Assembly: GCA_902601345.1 (NCBI GenBank)
Contig: CACKMK010000002.1
Span: 43,571 to 107,570, forward strand
DNA: 64,000 nucleotides
From: an uncultured Candidatus Poseidoniales archaeon
GTDB taxonomy: Archaea > Thermoplasmatota > Poseidoniia > Poseidoniales > Thalassarchaeaceae
Direction: 5' to 3'
Both the position numbers and the translations under genes were made by a program. Below the pieces are notes generated by a model that saw only the letters and a list, made by a program, of their open reading frames with translations, had not been told where the DNA came from and searched no databases. Below, piece after piece: positions 19,739 to 28,836 of the stretch (the first letter of the stretch is position 1; every line of letters begins with the position of its first letter).

Positions 19739-20374
19739 CTAAACCACCGATGCCCCCGAGGTTAGTGAGTCTATCTTCAGTTCTGTAACGGTCGTGCCAC
19801 CATCGGTTACGATGATCTTGAGGAGCATCGTCTCGCCGATTCCGCCTAGGGCGTCGCAGTCCCCTCCGTTGGTTATTATGTCGAAGCGGAATACGGTTCC
19901 AGCGTCCATCTCAAGGGACCCGAAGTCGGAGCCGTCGAGGTTGTCCGCGTTCTGTGACTCTGTTCCGTCGATGGTGCCACCTTCAGCATCGGTTCCCCCT
20001 AGTGCGGAGGTGCCGAGGTTACCTGCTACGAGCCCGTAGCTTGCACTGTCACCGCATGTGAGGAGCCAGTTGATGTTCTGGGCAACCAGGTTCTGGGCTC
20101 CAGCGGCGACCTTGGCCGTGAAGACCATGCTCTCGACGTCGGTCGCGCTCGATGTGTTCACCAGCGCCTGTACGATGTTGATCTTCCCGGAAATCTCCTT
20201 CCTCGTGTCGCTGCTGGTCTGCTCTGCGTTCTGCTGTAGCTCTTCGGCGGTCTTGATGATGATCGTCGAAGCAACTGCGGCCACTAGGATCAGGGCGATG
20301 AAGACGATCATCGCACCGATACCGATGGAGCCTTCCTCTCGGTTTCTTTCTACTGTCTGGTATTCTTCGCTCAT
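19739..20374 (-). CDS. flaB: Archaellin (FlaB/ArlB) paralog 1
   Basis: Same archaellin N-terminus as paralog 2, with a variable C-terminal domain. Confidence 0.85.
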   Translation of the reverse strand: MSEEYQTVERNREEGSIGIGAMIVFIALILVAAVASTIIIKTAEELQQNAEQTSSDTRKEISGKINIVQALVNTSSATDVESMVFTAKVAAGAQNLVAQNINWLLTCGDSASYGLVAGNLGTSALGGTDAEGGTIDGTESQNADNLDGSDFGSLEMDAGTVFRFDIITNGGDCDALGGIGETMLLKIIVTDGGTTVTELKIDSLTSGASVV

Positions 20375-20462
20375 TGCGTGTTCACCCGTGCCCCCCTGTG
20401 AATGCTAATCATTTATGATATTACTGGAAAATGTGCTGGATAATCCAGTTCTGAGCGGTAAA
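20375..20462 (-). promoter_or_regulatory. Putative archaellin promoter/leader region
   Basis: An 88-nt intergenic gap 5' of flaB1. On the minus strand it contains the AT-rich ...ccagtaatatcataaatgattagcattcac..., which is TATA-box-like. Confidence 0.35.
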
Positions 20463-21506
20463 TTAGCTACCGATTCCTACTGCTTCTCGCAGGTTCAGTA
20501 CCTCGATGGGAACGTGAACGACATCCCCTGGTCCAAGGTTCTCCACGAGTGGGAGCCTCATCGTCTCGAATCCCTCTGGCATCCATGGATCCAACAGGAG
20601 ACCCTGCATGATGTTCGGAGTCCTGTTTTCTACCCTGGTCTGGACATTCAGGCTACCGTACTCGACGTCATATCCGGTGGTGATGTTCAGGCTGCTTCCA
20701 AGGAGTGCTGTGGATGGGAAGGATCCGGATGGCCTGATCTCGATCCCGATCTCGATGAAGCCATCTGGGGGTATCTCGGGAATCTCGCACATCTTCGGAG
20801 TGGCAGACCACCCGTACGGTATTGGCGGGGCAAGCCTCATTGTGGAGATGTTGTTCTCGCCGGTGTTCTCTAGTGTAATTACCATCAGGGCGTGGTCCTT
20901 GCCCTCTGGCCATGTCGTCCCTATAGAAAGGAAGAAGCTGTTCACTAGGAAGGGGCTGGCAGCCTCGTTGACAGCGACTGGGCCGAGTGCGCTGATTGCG
21001 TCCTCGAACGCCTTTGCCGCGGACGAGAGGTCGGAGTCGAGTGCCTCCTTACCCTGGTTGACCAGCGTGAGTGCGATGTCCTCTATGTCGCTGAGCTCAC
21101 CCATCTCGTTGAGGTGCCTTCCAAGGGTGTTCAGTGACCTCTCGAGTCCGTCTTTGCCCATCGATGCGACTGCGCCCTCTACGCAATCTGCTGCTGCTCC
21201 CCAGTTCCCCTCCCTGAGGTGCTGCAGGCCTAGCATTGTCAGGTCCCAGGCGTTGCGATCGCCTTCTGACATCTGCTCGAGCTCCTCGAGGGATCGCTCT
21301 AGCGATGATAGCGCCCTGTAGAGGTCCATGATCTGTCCTTCTGCCTCTTCGACCTCCTTCGATAGGTCTCTCAGCATCTTTCTGGCGCCTATAGGCCTGT
21401 TTGCCCAGATTGCGAATTGGATGTTCTCGGCCTCTTCCTCGATGTAGTCGATCCGCTTGAGAGTGGCCTCGGCCCCTCCCGTTGCGGGTGCCTTCGTCCG
21501 TGCCAT
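20463..21506 (-). CDS. Hypothetical cytoplasmic protein (N-terminal coiled coil + C-terminal CARDB-like beta domain), co-oriented head of the archaellin cluster
   Basis: 347 aa with no signal peptide. The coiled-coil segment is EAEGQIMDLYRALSSLERSLEELEQ. The C-terminal region VITLENTGENNISTMRLAPPIPYGW resembles the CARDB 'N-T-G' strand motif. Its start codon is 1 nt downstream of the giant gene's stop. Confidence 0.45.
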   Translation of the reverse strand: MARTKAPATGGAEATLKRIDYIEEEAENIQFAIWANRPIGARKMLRDLSKEVEEAEGQIMDLYRALSSLERSLEELEQMSEGDRNAWDLTMLGLQHLREGNWGAAADCVEGAVASMGKDGLERSLNTLGRHLNEMGELSDIEDIALTLVNQGKEALDSDLSSAAKAFEDAISALGPVAVNEAASPFLVNSFFLSIGTTWPEGKDHALMVITLENTGENNISTMRLAPPIPYGWSATPKMCEIPEIPPDGFIEIGIEIRPSGSFPSTALLGSSLNITTGYDVEYGSLNVQTRVENRTPNIMQGLLLDPWMPEGFETMRLPLVENLGPGDVVHVPIEVLNLREAVGIGS

Positions 21507-21507
21507 C

Positions 21508-24500
21508 TCAGTTCCTCCCTCCTGGCTTCTGACCTGCCCTTCCGAGGATCTTCTTGATTCTGATAGCTCGGAGCTCTATATCAGCGAGTTCGCTGTAAAG
21601 CCTGTCGTAAGAGCTGTCCAGGAATTTCAGGATGATGTGCACTAGGATGGGCGAGGCGATCATGAATCCGATTATGGATATCAACGACGATGCCCCCAGA
21701 TCTATGGCGAGGGATGGTGAGATTAGTACGAATGGAAGGAAGGCGTAGGGAGAGCAGGAGATGATGGCGCGGAGCTCGTTCCTAGTGTTCTGCTGTTCCT
21801 TGTCGTGATCCTCCAACAGCGCCATCGTTCCGATTCTGGCCTTCTTCCTGTCGTCATGGATCGCCTGGAGCTCGCTGGAGGATAGCCATGCTACAAGCCC
21901 TGCGAACAAGATGGAGGCTAGAGCGCAAAGAAGTGATAGGATCGTGGAGGCGCCGGTTAGCGAGAGGGCCCCGAATGCCATTGCTGCCACGTACGAGGAC
22001 GCATGCAGGCGGCTCTCTTGCTCTTCCAGTCCCTGTCTGATGAGCGATACCGCCAAGAGGAGTAGGAGTGCTGCGATTAGAAGTGCGGACGGGAGTTGCA
22101 GACCGGATAGTTCGACGGCTGGGGTGGACCATGAGTCAATGGACAGGTCCTCCGTCCTGACGTCATTTTCTACGACGTTGCCGAAGATTCCGCCCATCTG
22201 CATTATGATGTCCGGATAGGTGATGGATGCGGAGCAAGTCAGTGTCTCTGAGGACTTGTACCATGGGATTGGGTTTAGTTCCACGGCCCAGGAAGCAGTG
22301 AAGTTCCCGTTTGCCTCAAGAGCTGGTATCGGGTACGATGCGAACATGTTCGTCACGTCTGCGTAAGGCGTGGGAGTGCAGTCGAGGTTCAGTTGGGACT
22401 GTGTTGGCATTACTGCGTATCCTGCGTTAATTACGGTAACGTCGATCCAAGTGCTCTCCCCCTCTACGCCCTCCCCCCTGAATGTGATGCTGTTGACGAG
22501 GGGATCCGTCGATTCTGTCATCCTGAGTCTGACGACTAGATCCGTCGAGTACTCCGTTGTCTTGGGCTCCTCTGGGTGTCTTAGTTGCAGGTAGATGTTC
22601 CATCCGTCTCCCGCTGCAACCCCGTCCAGCTGCTTCTCGGGGATAATTACCTGGAGTACGATTGTGCCCCCGTGAGCGGAGTCTGGGCTCCCTCCCTCAT
22701 AGGGAGTGGTGGCGTCGAGTTCCCAATCCGAGTTGCATGTCTCTTCCGTCGCGTCCGTGGCGGCGATACCGAATCCATCTATGTCTGCTAGTTCGCACTT
22801 CGCAGTACCTGCATCGGTGTCGTGATCGATGTATAGCCACCAATGCACCTTGGGGTAGCTGGCTGAGTCCACGAGGCGTTCTGGGGGGTCTGCTGATGCA
22901 TCGTAGGGGTCCATATCCCCGTTCAATGCCAGTGTGTAGGACCTCGGGTCGAATGAGCTGTCTCGGTAGTTTATGTCCACCCATGGTATCTCTATCTGCC
23001 TGCAATTCGGGTCGTCGTTGTTTTCGCACTGGTACTGGCCGGCGGCATCGGCGCTCAAGGTGTAAGTGTCATCGGTCTGGGCTCTGACGACGGTGATTGG
23101 GAAGGAGTTCTGCTGGGTCTCCATCGCGGCGTCCACTGGTACTCTCTTCAGGATGAATGTTCCTTGCTCGCCCTTGATCGTGTCATTATGTGTCATTGCG
23201 AATTCGAAGCTAATTGAGCTGGTCTGCCCAACCTGCAGGTACAGGTTTGTAGAGCCTAGCGAGTTTCGGACTTCGAACCTATCTGGCTTCGAATCGTCCT
23301 GTTCCGTGTCTATGGTTTCCCACTGTATTGTGAGGTTGATCGGTGCGTTGCCCTTGTTCTCCATTTCGAATTCGATTGACCTGTCCACCCCTGGGACTAT
23401 TGCTATCCTCTGTGGGGACTTGGTCAATTCCACATCGAAGACGGGGAGGACCTTGATTTTGAGCGTCGAAGTCCCAGCTGGGACGCCCCCACCCATTGCG
23501 ACCCTCTCTGACAATGGAACGGGCTGGGCCACTCCATCGACCATTTTTGTTGCAGGCCATGTGGGGAACGGGTCGGTGATGTTTACCGCTCTCATGGTTA
23601 GGTTGTGGATGACGTCGGCTACGAGAATCTGGTCTCCGTCCCTGAGAGGGGGCAGTGTGATGCTGAGGAGTACGGTACGAGACTCATACTGGTCTAGTGA
23701 GAATCCGGATTCGTTGACCTGGTAAGACCAGTTGGTCATTCCCTCTGGGAAGGTCACAGTCAAGTTCAGTGTCTCCATGAGGTTGCCGTCGTTCCGTAAA
23801 ACCACCTCTAGGTCGAGGGTGTTCCCCGGGGCTACCTGCATTTCGGTGGGAGCTATGAATAGTATTGCATGGTCAGGAGCAACCTGAACCTTCCATTCGC
23901 TTGTGGACATTAACTGGCCGTCGTGAGACGCATTCAGGAAGAAAGTCTGGTTTTCATCTGCTCTCGAGTCCTCTCCAGCAGTGGAGTAAATCCTGACGAT
24001 TCCCTGCGACCCTGCCGGGACCAACAGTGTGGATTCGGTCACACAGGGCTGCATCTCCTCAGAGAAGCAGACCCTGATCTTGTCGACATCGAGATTGTCC
24101 AGGGACAGGTTGTATGTGACGTTCTTGTTTCCTGTGTTATTGAGCAGGGCAATCAGGGTCTTCTGGCCGACTCTGCTGTCCAATGAGGGGGAAGGGGTGA
24201 TTACCGCCGTGGAAGTAGGGGGGTAGAGTTCTGCCGAGATGACTTCGGTGAGGGTGAAGAGGGCAGGGGCATATGCAAGCAGTTCTCCAGTTTCCGTGGA
24301 GTTGGCGTACACCCAGACCTGATGTGTCTCATCCGCTCTGGCTGAGGCCGGGGGAGTGGCGGTGACCGTTATTGGCCGCTGATTCTGGGTTGATGAACCG
24401 TCATTGTACAGATTCGTCATGGAGGGTACGAGGTTCGCCGCGGTGGACCCCAGGGTGATGGTCCATCCAGGCTTAGGGACGTATCCGATGGTGAAGTTTG

Positions 24501-26703
24501 CTGGATCGTTCCCTGTGTTCTCCAAAACCACCTCAGAGGATATGGGGGTCCCAGGGTCCCCATTGGCTGCTCCTGAGGAAGTCAGCTCTGCCGACCAGAG
24601 TTCTGCTATTGACATGGAAACCGTGGCTGTGGCATTACGGGAAATTGCCCCGGAGAAAGCAGCCCAAGATGATGTCGCCATGAACGAGAAGTTGAGGTGA
24701 CCCGCCGATGGGTATTGGAAGTCTGGGGTGGGGCCGAAGCTCAGTCCCACCATTCCGTATCCGGTTTCTCCTGGCAGGAGTTCCAAGGTCGAGGCGGAGG
24801 ATGAGGAAGAGGTCTGGACCGTAGCCGTCCAACGCGAATTCTCGATGAGGCTGGAGCCAGCCGGGGTATCCTGAAGAAAGACCTTCCCATTGCTACAGGT
24901 GGATTGCGTCCAAGGGCTACCCGATGCAGCAGTGGTTGGCGCTAGGGAGGTACACGGCATGGCGCTGAGGGATACTTGGGCCAAGGTGTTGTTTGAGCCG
25001 AGATTGTGAACTATCGTCACTTCGAAGCCGACGAACCTGTCGGTATTGCCCCCGATGATGTCATTGACTGAAATATCATCGATTTCACTGGTCACGGAGA
25101 TGTCCAACTCAACAATGCTGTCTATCATTAGCGTCGTCTGGTTGACTGCTGGGACTCCCCCCTGTAGGGGGATTGCTTGGACCATCAGATCCACTCTTTC
25201 TATGGAGGAGACCTTCCAGGACGGGTTCAGTGGCATCTCTAGCTCCGGGGTGGTGATTGTTACGGGAAGTGTCCTGGTCTCATTTGGCAGCAGTACGTCG
25301 GTGATTGTGACAGGTGAGTCTATGATCCAGTACGGCACCGATTCCGTCGCTCCGACATCTATCTGATACTGGGCTGGTGCGGTACCGGTGTTCATCAGGG
25401 TGTATTGTAGGGTCCTGGGGGAACCGGGGGTGATGTTCGCGAAGTTTTCTCCCATCGAATGGCTGTGGTTTTGGAAAATCTCCGCGCTGAATGTACCTCC
25501 TGCCATGACCATTGTGCTGGCTGAGAGGACGTAACCCGCCGTGTCGCTTTGAATTGTTAGGGTCACAATTACGGCGTCTCCATTGGCGGCATCCGCGGGA
25601 ACATCGACCGGGATCTGAATTGCATGGGTTTGCTGGGCGCCTACATTGAGAAGGTTGGTGGAGGAATGTATCTGATCCGTGATATTTACCCAGTAGTTGG
25701 CGGGGTCGGAGTTGTTGCTCTGTGTCACGGTGAAGTTGTCCTCAACGGTTCCAGAGTTCTGTAGTATGAAGTTCAGAGTTGCCTGCGAACCTGGGTCGAC
25801 GTTCCGGTTGTTGGCTGGTATTAGCGATGCCCTTAGGGCTACGAAGCTCACTATTCTGGAGTCGATTGTGACCGAGCCCTGTGTAGAGCCCGACACAAGT
25901 ATGCTACCACTAAGGGTGTAATCTCCTTCAAGTCCGGAGCCATCGAACGATATTGTGATATTAGCAGGGGTTGGAGGATCTGCAAGGCTTCCGGGAAGCA
26001 ATTCTTCTGTACTCGAGGAGAGGGGGACGCTCGAACCACCCAGCGACGGAGTTAGTGTTAGCTGGGCTGTGACGTCGACTGGTTGATTGCCCGTGTTGAC
26101 CACGGTGATTGCTCCTTCCCAGAGTGCTCTCGCTAGGGAAGACCCATCGGATGGTAGGGAGTCTGCGATGTCTGAGGCAGACTCCACCTCAGCGACGCTT
26201 ACACCGGATAGAGACATCTGGTTATTGCTCGAGTCCGAGTCGGAGGATGATGATGCCGGGATCCATGACGCAGTTATCTCATATCCTGTTCCTGAGAGGG
26301 AAGAGGCGTCCCAGTACATCACGCTGTTTACCTGTCCTCCAGGAGTGATGGTGGCAGTCCTGTTGTCAACGACGACCCCGTTAACCTTGAGCGTTACATT
26401 GCCTTCGGCAGTAGACCCGCCCTGATTGGTAGTCCCGACAACAATCACGTGATCAACAGGAGCCAGTGTGGGGGTTCCTCCAACCGTAGCGGAGGGTGTG
26501 GTGACGTCTAGATCGGTTACTACCACATCTGGGCCCATTTGACGAGTCGAGCTTGGCATTGGGTTCTCTTCGTCTGTAGCAACGGGAATACCAGCGAGCA
26601 GGGGGGAGAGGAAAAGTAGAGCGACTAGAATCGTGGCCTTGCTAGCCGTTCTAGTTGTCCTATGTAGGTTTCTTGAGGATTCTTGACTGGAATCTTTCAG
26701 CAT
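21508..26703 (-). CDS. Giant secreted surface protein with multiple CARDB/DUF11-like repeats and a polytopic C-terminal membrane anchor
   Basis: 1731 aa. N-terminal signal TILVALLFLSPLLAGIPVA. At least 8 repeats carry xLxNxGNxxxxxxV motifs (VVNTGNQPVDV, LQNSGTVEDNFTV, LMNTGTAPAQYQI, IVHNLGSNNT, LENTGNDPANFTI, LLNNTGNKNVTY, LRNDGNLMETLNL, MENKGNAPINLTI). Cys pairs include CENNDDPNC. The C-terminal roughly 220 aa have about 5 TM helices (LIAALLLLLAVSLI ...). Confidence 0.7.
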   Translation of the reverse strand: MLKDSSQESSRNLHRTTRTASKATILVALLFLSPLLAGIPVATDEENPMPSSTRQMGPDVVVTDLDVTTPSATVGGTPTLAPVDHVIVVGTTNQGGSTAEGNVTLKVNGVVVDNRTATITPGGQVNSVMYWDASSLSGTGYEITASWIPASSSSDSDSSNNQMSLSGVSVAEVESASDIADSLPSDGSSLARALWEGAITVVNTGNQPVDVTAQLTLTPSLGGSSVPLSSSTEELLPGSLADPPTPANITISFDGSGLEGDYTLSGSILVSGSTQGSVTIDSRIVSFVALRASLIPANNRNVDPGSQATLNFILQNSGTVEDNFTVTQSNNSDPANYWVNITDQIHSSTNLLNVGAQQTHAIQIPVDVPADAANGDAVIVTLTIQSDTAGYVLSASTMVMAGGTFSAEIFQNHSHSMGENFANITPGSPRTLQYTLMNTGTAPAQYQIDVGATESVPYWIIDSPVTITDVLLPNETRTLPVTITTPELEMPLNPSWKVSSIERVDLMVQAIPLQGGVPAVNQTTLMIDSIVELDISVTSEIDDISVNDIIGGNTDRFVGFEVTIVHNLGSNNTLAQVSLSAMPCTSLAPTTAASGSPWTQSTCSNGKVFLQDTPAGSSLIENSRWTATVQTSSSSSASTLELLPGETGYGMVGLSFGPTPDFQYPSAGHLNFSFMATSSWAAFSGAISRNATATVSMSIAELWSAELTSSGAANGDPGTPISSEVVLENTGNDPANFTIGYVPKPGWTITLGSTAANLVPSMTNLYNDGSSTQNQRPITVTATPPASARADETHQVWVYANSTETGELLAYAPALFTLTEVISAELYPPTSTAVITPSPSLDSRVGQKTLIALLNNTGNKNVTYNLSLDNLDVDKIRVCFSEEMQPCVTESTLLVPAGSQGIVRIYSTAGEDSRADENQTFFLNASHDGQLMSTSEWKVQVAPDHAILFIAPTEMQVAPGNTLDLEVVLRNDGNLMETLNLTVTFPEGMTNWSYQVNESGFSLDQYESRTVLLSITLPPLRDGDQILVADVIHNLTMRAVNITDPFPTWPATKMVDGVAQPVPLSERVAMGGGVPAGTSTLKIKVLPVFDVELTKSPQRIAIVPGVDRSIEFEMENKGNAPINLTIQWETIDTEQDDSKPDRFEVRNSLGSTNLYLQVGQTSSISFEFAMTHNDTIKGEQGTFILKRVPVDAAMETQQNSFPITVVRAQTDDTYTLSADAAGQYQCENNDDPNCRQIEIPWVDINYRDSSFDPRSYTLALNGDMDPYDASADPPERLVDSASYPKVHWWLYIDHDTDAGTAKCELADIDGFGIAATDATEETCNSDWELDATTPYEGGSPDSAHGGTIVLQVIIPEKQLDGVAAGDGWNIYLQLRHPEEPKTTEYSTDLVVRLRMTESTDPLVNSITFRGEGVEGESTWIDVTVINAGYAVMPTQSQLNLDCTPTPYADVTNMFASYPIPALEANGNFTASWAVELNPIPWYKSSETLTCSASITYPDIIMQMGGIFGNVVENDVRTEDLSIDSWSTPAVELSGLQLPSALLIAALLLLLAVSLIRQGLEEQESRLHASSYVAAMAFGALSLTGASTILSLLCALASILFAGLVAWLSSSELQAIHDDRKKARIGTMALLEDHDKEQQNTRNELRAIISCSPYAFLPFVLISPSLAIDLGASSLISIIGFMIASPILVHIILKFLDSSYDRLYSELADIELRAIRIKKILGRAGQKPGGRN

Positions 26704-26766
26704 CGCTTCCGCTCCCCTCCTCGTAGAGGAGACTAACCTTCATTATGAAATAACCGGAGGAAATAA

Positions 26767-28014
26767 TTGCACTTCTTAGTTCATCTGGGTTGCAACCGAT
26801 GTTATGAAAAGTCACTGCTCAGGTTCGCTCACGTGGCGGACGCTGTATCCCTCGTTGTCATCGGTCTTATTCTGATGGCGACCTTCAATGGCTTGTTTCG
26901 AATTCTGCGTTCGCAAAATAGGAGGACAATCCTCCCTTCTACAAGGAGGAACGTCCCAGAGGAGGTTCTCGCAGGATCTACATCTAGAAGGAGAAGGGGA
27001 AGGGGAAGAGATCGTTCTGGCACTCCAACCGTATCCAGTTCACTAGGGGAGGGCTCTGAGGCAATTGGTGCCGGAGTGCAGGAAGCAGAGATATCAGAAA
27101 AGGGCGCTTCTGCACTCGAGAAGAGGCTCGAGAGGGAAGGAGCAAAGAGGGGTTCTGTCCAGATCAGTCTGATGTGGGATAATTGGAATGATCTCGACCT
27201 ACATGTAATCACCCCATCTGGAGAGCACATCTATCACGATAACAGGACATCAAATTGCGGTGGTGAGCTAGATGTAGACATGAACTTCAAGCCTACTTCG
27301 AAATCCCCAGTTGAGAATATTGTCTGGACGAAAACCCCTCCTCCAGGAGTCTACAGAGTTGGAGTCAGGCACTACAAAATCCATACAAAAGGGTTGTTCT
27401 CATGGGTACCTCTTCTACGAAGAATACACAATAAGAACGAGACAGATTTCACGGTCAGCCTGACAATTGGTGAGAGCAAACGGTTCTACGAGGGGGCCCT
27501 TGTCAAGAGTAATGACCTGCAATTCGTCGCTAAGTTCGCCATAGCTGGTCCAGATGGAGAAGTGCCTCAGCCTTCGGCGAGTGATGAGGAATTGGCTGAG
27601 GATACAAAGGAGGATTTCACCGAGGCTAGAGATGTGGATGAGCTTAGGAGAAGGGTGGGGACGGTTCAAGACGGTGCATCGGTGAGTCTCAACTGGGAAG
27701 GTAGTTCTGACTTGGGGCTCTCAATAATTGATTCTAATGGCGAGGAGTTGTCTTTCTTCAATCCGGAGGGATTGGGAGGAGGGAAATTCGATATGGATGG
27801 TTACGACCCTGAGTCCGGCTCCAGAGAGATAAGATGGGCCTCTTCTCCTCCATCCGGGACTTACTCGGTGGTTGTGAGGCACTTTGAGACAGAAGGTGAA
27901 GAAGGAGAGGTTCAGTTCGAGGTTAATGTGAACAACGGTGGGGATAGACAGCAATTCTCCGGATCTATCCAATCGGATGGCTCGTCTGTAGAGGCCGGAA
28001 GTTTCGAAATCTAG
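26767..28014 (+). CDS. Membrane-anchored protein with two PPC/DUF2135-like beta-sandwich repeats
   Basis: 415 aa with an N-terminal TM helix ([15 protein letters not shown]) followed by the Arg-rich [10 protein letters not shown]. It has two homologous modules: [36 protein letters not shown]...[12 protein letters not shown] and [40 protein letters not shown]...[12 protein letters not shown]. Confidence 0.5.
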   Translation: MHFLVHLGCNRCYEKSLLRFAHVADAVSLVVIGLILMATFNGLFRILRSQNRRTILPSTRRNVPEEVLAGSTSRRRRGRGRDRSGTPTVSSSLGEGSEAIGAGVQEAEISEKGASALEKRLEREGAKRGSVQISLMWDNWNDLDLHVITPSGEHIYHDNRTSNCGGELDVDMNFKPTSKSPVENIVWTKTPPPGVYRVGVRHYKIHTKGLFSWVPLLRRIHNKNETDFTVSLTIGESKRFYEGALVKSNDLQFVAKFAIAGPDGEVPQPSASDEELAEDTKEDFTEARDVDELRRRVGTVQDGASVSLNWEGSSDLGLSIIDSNGEELSFFNPEGLGGGKFDMDGYDPESGSREIRWASSPPSGTYSVVVRHFETEGEEGEVQFEVNVNNGGDRQQFSGSIQSDGSSVEAGSFEI

Positions 28015-28778
28015 CCGTCCCAAAGTCCTTGGATCTGCAGAATTGATTTCATCCACTGCAGTTTCTGGAGCTTGGAGGACTCCTCAGTATCTCCTGACCA
28101 TCGGCCCACAATATCAGATCTGGTGCCTAGGAGCTTGATGTTTCCTTTACGCGCCCCTAATGCCGTTAGGAAGCATGCTGCGCGGTCCCCATCCGTAAAC
28201 CCACCAGGGTTGTACATTCCGTCGATTGGATTCCGCGTTTGGTGGGTTAGTATAAGCTCAGGGGGGTTTGTCTGTTCCTCGGCCAATCCTAGTAGGCTGT
28301 CCCAGTCTTCTCTATTGTCTCCATGGGCATGTAGTACGAACGGTATTGATCTTCTAACTGCTTGATAGGTCCCTTCTCCACCATCGGCATCGCTAACCAT
28401 GCACACCACGCGGGACCATGCCTTCTCAGAAAGTGAGGCGGGCATCTCTGAAATCGCTCCAACTGCTCCATCTGCAGCTACAATGAGCGTTGGACCATCC
28501 AGAATAGAGGCTATCTCATCTGGTTCTACGGCTGCTCCGAGGATTGCTACCCGCGCTTCCCTAATCACTATTCTTCGGTAAATCTTCGATAGAGTTGCAG
28601 CTCTATTATGCCTGGCCCAGATTGCCACCGTTGAGTCTTCGACCCTTCGAAGCATCGAAACTGCGCTATCTTTGTCGTCCTCCTCGGTCCAACCGAAGTA
28701 TTCTCTGACTTCATTCTGAACACCAACCAACGTTGGAGAAGATGGCGTCAAGTCAGAGGGAGTTTCTTGTTTCGTCAT
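28011..28778 (-). CDS. DUF115/MptE-like protein (6-hydroxymethylpterin diphosphokinase-like); start trimmed to avoid overlapping priL
   Basis: [33 protein letters not shown] resembles the MptE/DUF115 core. The full 349-aa ORF (to 29060) would overlap priL by 220 nt on the opposite strand, so the Met at about 28778 is preferred. Confidence 0.3.
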   Translation of the reverse strand: MTKQETPSDLTPSSPTLVGVQNEVREYFGWTEEDDKDSAVSMLRRVEDSTVAIWARHNRAATLSKIYRRIVIREARVAILGAAVEPDEIASILDGPTLIVAADGAVGAISEMPASLSEKAWSRVVCMVSDADGGEGTYQAVRRSIPFVLHAHGDNREDWDSLLGLAEEQTNPPELILTHQTRNPIDGMYNPGGFTDGDRAACFLTALGARKGNIKLLGTRSDIVGRWSGDTEESSKLQKLQWMKSILQIQGLWDG

Positions 28779-28836
28779 GCTCTCCACTGGAAGGGCTCGG
28801 TAAGTATTCAAGAACCCTCGCGGAACTCTTGAGTTT

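Noticed and set aside
22370-24700. Multiple 60-220-aa ORFs on both strands inside the giant surface-protein gene
   Set aside because: All are internal or antisense to the 1731-aa ORF and have skewed composition (Arg/Pro/Ser-rich), typical of shadow ORFs in a long GC-balanced gene.
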